From Candidatus Poribacteria bacterium (GTDB taxonomy: Bacteria; Poribacteria; WGA-4E; WGA-3G): a DNA stretch of 64,000 bases. The translations under genes and the position numbers were made by a program. The stretch spans positions 1,534,902 through 1,598,901 of the forward strand of contig CAXXLX010000001.1 in assembly GCA_963665235.2 (NCBI GenBank). The letters run 5' to 3'. Of the stretch, positions 16,358 to 27,782 are shown one piece after another. Position 1 is the stretch's first letter. Every line of letters starts with the position of its first letter. The notes beneath the pieces were generated by a model. The model had not been told where the DNA came from, ran no database searches, and saw nothing but the letters and a program-made list of their open reading frames with translations.

Positions 16358-19300
16358 CTACTCGAAATCGCCGCGGACTGTTAGGGCACTTGCAACAGAG
16401 AGGAAATCTCTGCCCTCTTCAACCCTATCGTGATTATAACTGATACCTAAATGTAGGTTAGCCGTTAGATACGTGCTGATTTTGTACCCTGCGCGGAACG
16501 TTGTTTCATATCGTTCTGAACGTTCCTCTCTATTGGCACCGTAGTGTTCCCTGCGGATTGCCCAAGAGAGCGTGTTTGTGAGTTCCAGGTCGTGCTTAAG
16601 CGGAATTCTGCCGATAAACGGCAAACGAATCCCGCCTTCGGTGCGGTAACGGTAATCTATACTGAAGTTTGGGGTGATGATAAGTGCATTGCTTTCAATA
16701 CCACTGCGTTCCTGGTTGCGGAGTGTGGTACGGATACCGAGTAACGTTCGGGTCTCCTGCCCCCATGAGTGGTTCCAGCTCAGGGAAGGCGTGTGTGCCG
16801 TGCTGTCGCTGAGGGTAGTTTGTAGGTTCGCATTCTGCCGCGTTGTAAAACTGTATCGGAGTTGAAAGCTAGAGGTTTCTTGCGCCTTAATTTTGATGTC
16901 CGCCTCATAAGTTTCTGCATTCGAGGTGTACGTGCTGCCCAGGCTTTTCCTGAAACTGTTGGATGTAATGACGTTGCTACCGAGGGTTGCCCATCTCCAC
17001 GGGGTCACAGAGCTTCGGACTGTGTAGCGATTGCTTCGCCGGGAATTGGAACGTTCCGTTGCCTCTGGTGCGAGCTGCCATAAGTCTACGATAGATAGTC
17101 CAGACTCCAATTGGCGATAGGACTCGGTGGCACTGAAGGTCGCGTTGGTATTCAGAGTGAAACTTTTCAGAATTCGATGCAAAATGCCTTCTTGTGACGG
17201 GGTCGGAGGTTGCTGTGCTCGCTGCCCTATCGTGCCCCCATTGTCAGTAGGAGGCGAAAGCTGCTGTGCCAATTCTGCCTTATCCCGAGTAATCCAGTCG
17301 CTGCGGTTTTCCTCTATTTCCTGAATCTGTGCTTCGTCGATACCTTTTTCGCGTAACTGTTGAATCTGGTTGTCAGTTGTCGGCTGTCCGGTCGCTTTTC
17401 GTTCATCAACCTGCTCCCTCTTTTTTTCTTCAGTCAAAAGCCATGTGAACCACTTCTGAATACGAATATTCACACCGAGGCTGACATTGCCGTTGAGTGA
17501 AGCGTTCTTCTGTTGACTGAACCAGTTTTCGCGAAAACTGACACGGCTTGTGACGGTGGGCCGCATCCCCAGGAGGTCGCGATTGAGGCGCGGTGTGAAA
17601 GCGAGGCGATGCTCACGTTCCGCCATAGAAAAATCCGGCACAGCCGTGTCCTCAACATCAGTTTCCCCTCCTTGCGAAGGGTTAGGGGAAACGGTATATC
17701 GGCTCTCGTCTCGCCTTTCAAGCGTTCGGCGGATGTCATAGCTCGGATTAAGGCTAAAAATGTTTATCGGTGTGATGTTAAGTGTAATAGAGCCGCTATC
17801 TGTTTTCTCGTCCCGATTTCTGCCGTAACCGTAACTGAAGTAGGAGGAGGTTGTTCCCGTTGTATCTGTGGCAGTTTCCGGCTTTGCGAGGATATCTTCA
17901 TGCCGGTATTGTGCACTGAATCCGAGTTTTGTGCCGATGTCATATTGAAAGGTGCCCGTGTAGAGATGACTAATCTGTGTGCCTTGCCGCTCGTTCCAAA
18001 AATCCTGATAATTGTAGGCGAAGCCGAGGTTCGGAAGCGGATTACGGTTGAGTCTGACAGAAAAGTCTCTGTTGTGCGTTTCACTTTTTCCGCTCTGAAA
18101 AGAGCTGTAGCTACCGCGCTGTGCTTCCGTTTCAGATTCCTGCTCCCGGATGGCATAGCGGATGGGCAACCATGAAAAGAGGGTGACATCCGCATTGATA
18201 TTGAAGTCGTTGTTTGTTGTGCTGTACCCGCGTGAAGAGAGCCGTTGCCTGCCGATTTCACCTGTTCCGCTTTCAAAATCCTTGTCTTGACTGGCGTAAC
18301 CGCCTCGGAGCCGGACCAAATTGCCGAGGGACACTGACATATCGCCTCGGCGTGCCCAGCCGGCCCGTACAAGCGGGTCGCCGAGATGGATTTCGTTAAC
18401 CCAGACCTCACCGCTGATTTCCTGTTCCGTATCGTTTCGGATACCTATCAGAATGCCGCCGATATTTTTAATAGAGAGCCGCGAACTACTGACCTGTGTC
18501 CCCGCGCCCCTGATTGTGAACCCATCCGGATGCCCATCGGGGCCATTTGATATTACGGGCGGGTTTGTGTCGGGCTGTGTGTCGGAGAAAGGTGCTTGGG
18601 TGTTTTCTGCATCTGGATATTCATTTTTCCGCTGGTCCCGCAGGTCAATTTCAATCAACTTCCAGCCTTCAAAGTCAATCGGCACGGTGTATTCATAGTA
18701 ATCTGTCAGATTCTCAAAAACATTGACATCCTCCTGTTGAGGTTGGTTCACAAAGGGGTCGGCACTGTAAAAAGAGCTTCGGTAGCCTGTTCGGACAGTC
18801 GGAGCAAGTTGTAGGACAAAGGTTGTATAGCTTTTATCGCCGTATAACCAGAGCCGTAAGGTATCGTGTTTGCTAAAGTCTTGGCCCTCGCTTTGTGTGA
18901 GTCCTTTGAGTTGCTTGGAGGTAATTCCGTGGGAGTCAGGGAACAGATAGTATTCTAAGCTAAGCGTCTGTTCGCGTTGCTGTTGTGTTTGAAAGCCGAG
19001 CGATGTTGCGGTGAACGGGTGCAGTTTTTTAAAAAGTTCGTTGTCCTCAATTTCAAGGTATGCACTCTGGTATGTGTCATAATTGAAGTTATCCTTTGTG
19101 CCAACGATGAACCTTTCCGGTGTATCTTGAACCACCTCTCGGTCCGATAGTGAGCCTGTAGCGTCGGTGAGCGCGCGGGTGACGATACCGCGTTCCCATT
19201 TGTTGCCAACGATTTCTATAGATGCCCATTGGAATGTGCCTTTCACGTTACCGGGGCGGTTTTTGATAAGCCAAAATCGGCAGTGCTGAACGAATACTAA

Positions 19301-22300
19301 ACTCGGTACGCGGGAGCCTTCGGGGGTAAATGCTGAAATTGGAATGCTGAGAAACGTCCAGCCGTTGTTATTTGTGCTTTTAATCCATTCGTTCGGAATT
19401 TCATTGAGAGGTATTGCCACTTGGAAATACGCATCAATTTTATCAAGCACACCATCGCCGTTCAGGTCTTCGCTATCAAGAATTTGGTTATCTGCCCCGA
19501 CAGCTATAGGTTCACCTGCGCCATCGTACATCCACCCTATATCTTCACCTGTATCGAGTGCGCCGTTCCCCCGATGGCGGAGTGCCTCCGGTAGGTTTTC
19601 AAGGTCCAGGTCGAGTGCGTCGACGTTTCCATCTCCGTTCGTATCGGTTAGCGTCTGTGGGAGGTCTTCGCTGTCTAGGTAGTTGTCAGCATCGGTGTCT
19701 TCGTTGACGATACCAAAATTGAGGAGTAGGGTGACATCGTCGTCGCCTTGGACGCGCATCCACATTTCAACGAGGCCGCGTTCGGAATAGTCTGCCCCTG
19801 CTTTTGAGAGTTGTAAGGCGAACCCGCCCCATTCTTCGACCACATCTGTGAAATCGTAGCCGACTTCCATAATCAACCGTTCTTCGGTTGAAAGTGAGAG
19901 CGGTTGGATTGAAGATGCGGGGACATCTCGGTTTCGCATATAATTGCCCACCGCTTCAGAATCGTCCTTATCTTTCAGCGCGACTTTAAAAAGTGCCCTA
20001 TTCTCTTGTGTCGGCGTGTACTCCAAGCTGTTAGTATTCTCCTCTGGTGAGTCTGGGATGTATGGGACACTACTAGGTTTCCAGTTGTATTTTAGGGTGG
20101 GGACCGTTGCGGATTCCCTTGCGCCCTCCATACTATCAATTAGGGCAACGCCGATGCTATTCGGGTTGTTATGTGAGTATGCAGCTTCGCCACTGAAGTC
20201 AATAGAGAGCGGAAAGTTTTGCATGGATATAAGCGGTAACGGGTTTAGCAACCACGCCATGTTGAACGTTTTACCGAAACTACTGTTGACATTGAAGGCT
20301 TGTAAGCGGTTCGGTACACTGTTGACATCCGGAACCTCTACCTGTTTTTGGCCGGTGGTTAAAATATAGCCTGTTGAAAGTGTAAAATCCTTTTGGAACA
20401 CCGGATTGAAATAGGATGTCCCGCCGCCGTAGCCGCCGAGATACCCCTGTCCGATTCGGGAACGGCCGCCGAAGCCTCCGAAGCTTCCATACCCGCTACT
20501 TCCAAATCCCCCGCCAAAACTGCTCTGTCCAAACCCACCGCCGAAGCGACCGCCTGCACGCGGGAATCCCCCAATAGGCGGAAGGTCCAAATCGCCCCCT
20601 CCAATTGTCTCGTCACTCACATCTGTCCCGGTTATTTGTAAACCGCCTAACCGCCTAAATCTATCCTCAAGATTCTGTTCTCTCTGCGATTTCGCTTTCG
20701 GTTTGTGCGTATATTCCAGCCAAACCCCCGCGACGGCTTGCTGTGATGCCCCCCCGAAGGGGGTTCTCTCAAATTCTACGACGATTTCATCGAATTCATC
20801 CAATTCTGTGAAGAACCGGATACTTCCAACTTCGTAAACCATCAGATACTCTGTATCTCGCGTGAGCCGCCGTCCGTTGAGACGAACGGTTTCACTGTCC
20901 GGAATGACAAATAATCCGACATTATAGGTCTCGGATTGATAGGAGTAATCCGCAATAATTGTGTATACTTGGTCGGTGTTGCGAATGCTTTCAAAATAGA
21001 TGGCCGCGTTGTTGAGCGAATCGCGATACTCATAATAGGGATGGGTTGGGTCTTTAATTTCGAACGGGTCAAAATCGGGAAAGCGCAGTAAACCCCTGTC
21101 ATAGTCAATAAACTCGACATCAACGTTGCCATCCCCGTTTTGGTCTAATCCAAAGATTTCAAGGTAAGGCACAAGTCCCTCTTCTGTCTGAAACGTTTCA
21201 CTTTCACCTTGTCGTACGATTGTCAGTTGAAAATCGCGCGGGTTGATGTTGCGATTACCGAGGCTGTAGACATGACTTGCTTCCGTGCCGCGAAATCCGT
21301 CCTCCTTTAGCACAATATAGCCAAGCTCTTCCCCCTCTTCATCTATGATGCCGTCTCCGTTTTCGTCAGCAAAGACGTTGCCGGGGGCCCCAACGGTTCC
21401 GCCCCCATCGCCGAGGTATTCATAAGCCACAACGATAGTATAGCTGGACGAAATAGGCGACAAAAACTCTATCTCTCCAGTTTCATAGTCTATGTTGTAA
21501 TCCTGCCCGGGGAATTGTGGATTGAAATAGCCCCGGCTTGTGCGTTTTCCGCCTTGATTGTTTCCGACTACACTATCGTCAATATAGATTTCCTCACTGC
21601 CCGATTTAATCGGCAGATAGGCTTCGTGCAGGAGGCCATCCTCCCCCTGCTGAATGAGATAGAATCTATTTTTAACATAATTTGCATCCGCTATCTGAAT
21701 ACCGCGCGGTCCGTAGCCGAAACTTGCACGCCGGGACTGCCCGCGGAACGTGCGTACCTCACGTACACCTTTACTTCGAGAACCGAACGCGGTCAAGCGA
21801 GCGTTCTTATATTCAAACACGCCCTCCAAACCGAATAGGTTGCGGTTAATGTTTAAGAAACGTGTGTTCGGCAGGTTGAGCGTAATATCCCCGAACGAAA
21901 TCGTTTTGATGAAACTATCCGGTTTGCCTTCATACCAGATTTTTATTTTTTGTTCTTTAGCTCCATCCAAACCGTATCCGCTGTATCCCCCGCCGTATCC
22001 GCCATATCCGCCTGTGCCGCCGCCGAATGTATTGCCCGCGTTGTAATCCACAGCAATATGCATCCGTTCCCCTACGCGGCCGTGCAGCCCAATCTGCTGC
22101 TGTTGTCGGATATTAATACCTGTTGCACGTGGAATCCCACTGCCGTAGCTGCTATATCCACCATAGCCGCCATACCCTGAATCATAACTCGAATATCCTC
22201 CCCCAAATCCGCTACTGTATCCGAAATCTTCGTAACCGTAAGAGGAGGTGAGCCCAAGGTCCAGCCCGGAACTGTAGCCGCCATAATTGCTATAGCCATA

Positions 22301-22774
22301 ACCGCCGTACCGATTCAGATCGCCTTCGCCGAAGTAGTGTGTTTTGTTGACCTCAACCGTAACAGATTGGTGAATTTTTATCTGAAGATTAGAATCCATG
22401 GGGAGGTCTATCCCTTTAGTATCGCGCTTGGGCCGCGGTTTCCAATCGTAGAGTTCGGAGAGATTACCGAGGTCGGGCGGATACTTCCATCTACGCAGCG
22501 TCTCCAAGTAGGGCAGCAACGACTGTCGACGTAAAGTCTCGTCCGAATCTGCAGCGGGGTCAGTTGGTTCTTCTGTCGTCGCCTCCGTTTCAGAATCGCG
22601 CTGCGTCCATATCGTCTGTTTCGGAAACGTGTAAAACGGTTCCGCAGATTTTTCCGGGGGGGGTGTTGGGATAGATTCCTCCTTGTCCGCGGTTAAGGCA
22701 GGTTCAGCAAAAACGTGAAAACCGAGGACAAGCAGGAATAGCAAATTATAAATAAATTTTCTATTTTGATTCAC
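16358..22774 (-). CDS. giant SprA-like outer-membrane protein (putative T9SS translocon family)
   Basis: 2138 aa with a signal peptide. The segment ISFGDITLNLPNTRFLNINRNLFGLEGVFEYKNARLTAFGSRSKG resembles the SprA N-terminal signature. The C-terminal third has alternating beta-strand character. The size class fits. The assignment is from memory, not from a search. Confidence 0.55.
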   Translation of the reverse strand: MNQNRKFIYNLLFLLVLGFHVFAEPALTADKEESIPTPPPEKSAEPFYTFPKQTIWTQRDSETEATTEEPTDPAADSDETLRRQSLLPYLETLRRWKYPPDLGNLSELYDWKPRPKRDTKGIDLPMDSNLQIKIHQSVTVEVNKTHYFGEGDLNRYGGYGYSNYGGYSSGLDLGLTSSYGYEDFGYSSGFGGGYSSYDSGYGGYGGYSSYGSGIPRATGINIRQQQQIGLHGRVGERMHIAVDYNAGNTFGGGTGGYGGYGGGYSGYGLDGAKEQKIKIWYEGKPDSFIKTISFGDITLNLPNTRFLNINRNLFGLEGVFEYKNARLTAFGSRSKGVREVRTFRGQSRRASFGYGPRGIQIADANYVKNRFYLIQQGEDGLLHEAYLPIKSGSEEIYIDDSVVGNNQGGKRTSRGYFNPQFPGQDYNIDYETGEIEFLSPISSSYTIVVAYEYLGDGGGTVGAPGNVFADENGDGIIDEEGEELGYIVLKEDGFRGTEASHVYSLGNRNINPRDFQLTIVRQGESETFQTEEGLVPYLEIFGLDQNGDGNVDVEFIDYDRGLLRFPDFDPFEIKDPTHPYYEYRDSLNNAAIYFESIRNTDQVYTIIADYSYQSETYNVGLFVIPDSETVRLNGRRLTRDTEYLMVYEVGSIRFFTELDEFDEIVVEFERTPFGGASQQAVAGVWLEYTHKPKAKSQREQNLEDRFRRLGGLQITGTDVSDETIGGGDLDLPPIGGFPRAGGRFGGGFGQSSFGGGFGSSGYGSFGGFGGRSRIGQGYLGGYGGGTSYFNPVFQKDFTLSTGYILTTGQKQVEVPDVNSVPNRLQAFNVNSSFGKTFNMAWLLNPLPLISMQNFPLSIDFSGEAAYSHNNPNSIGVALIDSMEGARESATVPTLKYNWKPSSVPYIPDSPEENTNSLEYTPTQENRALFKVALKDKDDSEAVGNYMRNRDVPASSIQPLSLSTEERLIMEVGYDFTDVVEEWGGFALQLSKAGADYSERGLVEMWMRVQGDDDVTLLLNFGIVNEDTDADNYLDSEDLPQTLTDTNGDGNVDALDLDLENLPEALRHRGNGALDTGEDIGWMYDGAGEPIAVGADNQILDSEDLNGDGVLDKIDAYFQVAIPLNEIPNEWIKSTNNNGWTFLSIPISAFTPEGSRVPSLVFVQHCRFWLIKNRPGNVKGTFQWASIEIVGNKWERGIVTRALTDATGSLSDREVVQDTPERFIVGTKDNFNYDTYQSAYLEIEDNELFKKLHPFTATSLGFQTQQQREQTLSLEYYLFPDSHGITSKQLKGLTQSEGQDFSKHDTLRLWLYGDKSYTTFVLQLAPTVRTGYRSSFYSADPFVNQPQQEDVNVFENLTDYYEYTVPIDFEGWKLIEIDLRDQRKNEYPDAENTQAPFSDTQPDTNPPVISNGPDGHPDGFTIRGAGTQVSSSRLSIKNIGGILIGIRNDTEQEISGEVWVNEIHLGDPLVRAGWARRGDMSVSLGNLVRLRGGYASQDKDFESGTGEIGRQRLSSRGYSTTNNDFNINADVTLFSWLPIRYAIREQESETEAQRGSYSSFQSGKSETHNRDFSVRLNRNPLPNLGFAYNYQDFWNERQGTQISHLYTGTFQYDIGTKLGFSAQYRHEDILAKPETATDTTGTTSSYFSYGYGRNRDEKTDSGSITLNITPINIFSLNPSYDIRRTLERRDESRYTVSPNPSQGGETDVEDTAVPDFSMAEREHRLAFTPRLNRDLLGMRPTVTSRVSFRENWFSQQKNASLNGNVSLGVNIRIQKWFTWLLTEEKKREQVDERKATGQPTTDNQIQQLREKGIDEAQIQEIEENRSDWITRDKAELAQQLSPPTDNGGTIGQRAQQPPTPSQEGILHRILKSFTLNTNATFSATESYRQLESGLSIVDLWQLAPEATERSNSRRSNRYTVRSSVTPWRWATLGSNVITSNSFRKSLGSTYTSNAETYEADIKIKAQETSSFQLRYSFTTRQNANLQTTLSDSTAHTPSLSWNHSWGQETRTLLGIRTTLRNQERSGIESNALIITPNFSIDYRYRTEGGIRLPFIGRIPLKHDLELTNTLSWAIRREHYGANREERSERYETTFRAGYKISTYLTANLHLGISYNHDRVEEGRDFLSVASALTVRGDFE

Positions 22775-22907
22775 GGTTTTTGATTCATGGCCTCCGTTAA
22801 TAATGATAACGATTCTTCATTTTTTTAGAAGTATAACGGAAAAGTGGCGGGTAGGTTTACTTTTAGCAATCACCAATCATGAATCATCAATCCTGTTTTC
22901 GATTCTA

Positions 22908-24251
22908 TTAGGACAACCCTTCTAAAGAGCCGGTGCTGTCGCCTAATTGTGCTAAACCGACATCCATTCGATTCAGCATTGACAACCAGAGGTTGTTAAG
23001 CGGTGTCTCTTTCGGGTACTGGATATGCCGGCCGCTTTTAAGTGTCCCACACCCATTGCCAGCAAGTAGAATAGGTAGGTTGTCGTGGCTGTGTCGGTTG
23101 CCATCAGCGTTGCCACTGCCGTAGAGAACCATTGCGTGGTCAAGCAGTGAGGCATCCCCTTCGGGGGTCGCGTTAAGTTTCTCTAGGAAGTATGCCAACT
23201 GCTGCGTGTGAAAGATATTAATTTTACGGATTTTCGCCTTCTTCGCCTCGTCACCACCGTGATGCGATAGGTTGTGATGACCCTCAGAAACGTTGATAAA
23301 CGGATATGGCTTATTACTGCCTTCGTTTGCCAGCACAAATGTGACAATTCGGGTTACATCTGTCTGAAATGCCAGGACAATCAGGTCCATCATGAGCCGA
23401 AGATGCTCCTGATAATCTGTGGGAATTTTCGCTGGTCCCGTATAGTCTGGACTTTCGATGTGCGGAAATTTTTCAGTGGCTTCTATTCTCTGTTCGATGT
23501 CGCGAATTGCGGAGAAGTACTCGTCAAGTTTACGCACGTCATTTCCACTTACCTGCCGGAGCAGGTCTTTTGAATCCTGCTGCACAAAATCGAGGATACT
23601 TTTTCGTTGCTGGTCGCGTTGCACTTTTTCTGCGTCTGGCATCGTAGAAAAGAGCCGTTCAAAAGCGAGTTTTGGATTAATCAGTTTCGGGAGCGGTTGT
23701 GTGGCTGAACGCCAGGATAGCGTTGATGAATAGACGCAGCTATAACCAGAGTCGCAATTTCCTGATCTGTAACCCGGCTCAATTCCGAGTTCCAGCGAGG
23801 GTAACCGTGTGTGATTGCCGATACGGGAAGCGGCGGCTTGGTCAACAGAAATCCCAGCATGAATATCCGCACCGTCGGTTTTACGGGGCTGCGCGCCTGT
23901 TAAAAAGGCAGCCATGGCGCGGGCGTGGTCACCCCCACCGTCACCGTTCGCACGTGCCTTGTCAGCGGTGAGGCCGCTCAGCACTAACGTTTTATCTTTG
24001 ACCTTCGCCAACGGTTTCAAAATGTCTGTGAGTTCATAGTTTGCGCCTACCTGCTTCGGTGTCCAATCCACCATATTCTTTCCGTTAGGGACATAAAGGA
24101 AAGCCATCCGATTCGGCGGAGCGGGCAGCCCACTTGTGGACGCATTCGCCCACGTTGTCAAGGGCCCCATTGTCTCAAGCCACGGGAGGGCAACACTGAC
24201 ACCCAGTCCGCGTAAAAATGTTCTACGTGAAATTTGTTTTGATGCTTTCAA
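22908..24251 (-). CDS. DUF1552 domain protein with twin-arginine signal
   Basis: 447 aa with a TTG start. Tat motif SRRTFLRGLGV. MAFLYVPNGKNMVDWTP is typical of DUF1552. Confidence 0.85.
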   Translation of the reverse strand: MKASKQISRRTFLRGLGVSVALPWLETMGPLTTWANASTSGLPAPPNRMAFLYVPNGKNMVDWTPKQVGANYELTDILKPLAKVKDKTLVLSGLTADKARANGDGGGDHARAMAAFLTGAQPRKTDGADIHAGISVDQAAASRIGNHTRLPSLELGIEPGYRSGNCDSGYSCVYSSTLSWRSATQPLPKLINPKLAFERLFSTMPDAEKVQRDQQRKSILDFVQQDSKDLLRQVSGNDVRKLDEYFSAIRDIEQRIEATEKFPHIESPDYTGPAKIPTDYQEHLRLMMDLIVLAFQTDVTRIVTFVLANEGSNKPYPFINVSEGHHNLSHHGGDEAKKAKIRKINIFHTQQLAYFLEKLNATPEGDASLLDHAMVLYGSGNADGNRHSHDNLPILLAGNGCGTLKSGRHIQYPKETPLNNLWLSMLNRMDVGLAQLGDSTGSLEGLS

Positions 24252-24277
24252 GGATTTTTTTCTCCGATATATAGTTT

Positions 24278-24299
24278 TACTAAACTTTGGACAATTTTA
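24278..24299 (+). repeat. solo terminal repeat of the IS at 3790-5198
   Basis: TACTAAACTTTGGACAATTTTA is identical over 22 nt to the reverse complement of the IS right end (5176-5197). No transposase is adjacent. Confidence 0.6.
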
Positions 24300-24333
24300 G
24301 AGTTTCGATTTGCGTTGTTTTCTATAAACATAT

Positions 24334-24452
24334 CGCGATTAGCGATTAGCAATTGGCGATTGGCAATTGGCAAGATGTTGTGATTCTAATTAGGTTTATG
24401 ACGCGCGTCAAAAACCTCTTTCTCTTGCTAACAGCCAATAGCCAACAGCCAT
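24334..24452. repeat. palindromic GCCAAT-rich element (family P)
   Basis: Arms of (TTAGCGATTGGCAA)n and (TTGCCAATAGCC)n-type repeats surround a conserved core GATGTTGTGATTCTAAT..GTTTATGACGCGCGTCA. Relatives at 30510-31020, 60926-61055 and 61431-61566. Confidence 0.75.
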
Positions 24453-24460
24453 TTCCGAGA

Positions 24461-26662
<2,202 letters not shown>

Positions 26663-26765
26663 CTAGTGCCTGTCAAATTTCATGCTTGTATAGTAAAAAG
26701 GATAACAGATTTAGGAAAAAAATGTCAAGTCAAAAATCGGTTCACCTTCCACTTTTTTATATTCC

Positions 26766-27779
26766 TCAAGGTGCCATATAACGTTCACCGTACGTGAGCA
26801 TGATCCGATTTTGAATAAATTCGTATTTCGCAGGTGAACAGGCATGCAGTTTATCCGGATACACCAGGTAATATCCGAGACTTTCCGCCATATCCTCGTT
26901 AGGGTTTTTGTCATGAGCGTAATCTGTCACAAATTCTTTCCGGGGTTTCGTTGTTGACCATCCCGAATCGCTATCCGGGTTTTCATACCATCCGCCAAGT
27001 TGCATCCAGTCCTGTTTAAGTTGTTCGGGAAAAAGATACGCCCACAAAAAGTGCGCCTTTTCGTGTGCAATTAAACGGCGCGTATCGTTTGAATCGTGCC
27101 CCCCGAAGATAGAGTCGGCAAGCTCAATATACCCCTCACTCGTCCAGGCTACGCCCGGTGCTGTGATATTAGCGGATTTACGGACGATATACTTCAATTG
27201 CGGTATTTTATGTAAGGCTTTCGGGAACTCTTCAAGTATAGAGATAAGCGTTATCAGGTCTTCGTTTTCAAATTCCGAAAAATTTTCCGCCGCCTCCTTT
27301 ATGGCATGGGCAGGAACATCTATATGAATGCCGTACCGCTCTTGCAAGATTAATTTTAGGGCATCTCTATTCGTCCCATTTTCTGTCAAGAATTGAACGA
27401 TGGCATAATATAGGCGTTTGTCCGGGCCTGATACGGTTTGTGCCCCTTCAATTGGAAAAATATCTGTCCGTATCGTAACGAAATTTAGACCATTTTGAAA
27501 TTTAATTTCAAAGTCATTCGGCAAATCCTCGCGACTTGAGTGCCATATAGAGGGGGCTATATTGAGTTCCTGCAATTGCCCTATACTGCCAAAGATTTTT
27601 AAAAGTTTCTGGGCATGCTCTGTGGACCAGGTAGAATCCAGATGGACATCGTACTTTTCTTGTAGTTGCGAAATCGGGTCAGCTTTTCGTGTTTTAAAAT
27701 GTTTTTGAAAATAGGCGGTATAGCAGCCTATTTGCAAAATGAACACGGCAAAGAGAACGATAATCACAGGTTTTTTCAC
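26766..27779 (-). CDS. putative zinc metallopeptidase lipoprotein (HEXXH)
   Basis: 337 aa with a GTG start 4 nt after the upstream stop. Lipobox-like LQIGC and an HEKAH motif. The family was not identified. Confidence 0.5.
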   Translation of the reverse strand: MKKPVIIVLFAVFILQIGCYTAYFQKHFKTRKADPISQLQEKYDVHLDSTWSTEHAQKLLKIFGSIGQLQELNIAPSIWHSSREDLPNDFEIKFQNGLNFVTIRTDIFPIEGAQTVSGPDKRLYYAIVQFLTENGTNRDALKLILQERYGIHIDVPAHAIKEAAENFSEFENEDLITLISILEEFPKALHKIPQLKYIVRKSANITAPGVAWTSEGYIELADSIFGGHDSNDTRRLIAHEKAHFLWAYLFPEQLKQDWMQLGGWYENPDSDSGWSTTKPRKEFVTDYAHDKNPNEDMAESLGYYLVYPDKLHACSPAKYEFIQNRIMLTYGERYMAP

Positions 27780-27782
27780 ACG

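Noticed and set aside
17513-18411. ORFs of 215-220 aa on both strands inside the SprA-like gene (17513-18175 plus strand, 17764-18411 minus strand in an alternative frame).
   Set aside because: They are embedded entirely within the 6.4-kb ORF, which has a signal peptide and family-like motifs. The alternative frames have no start context and have biased, low-complexity composition.
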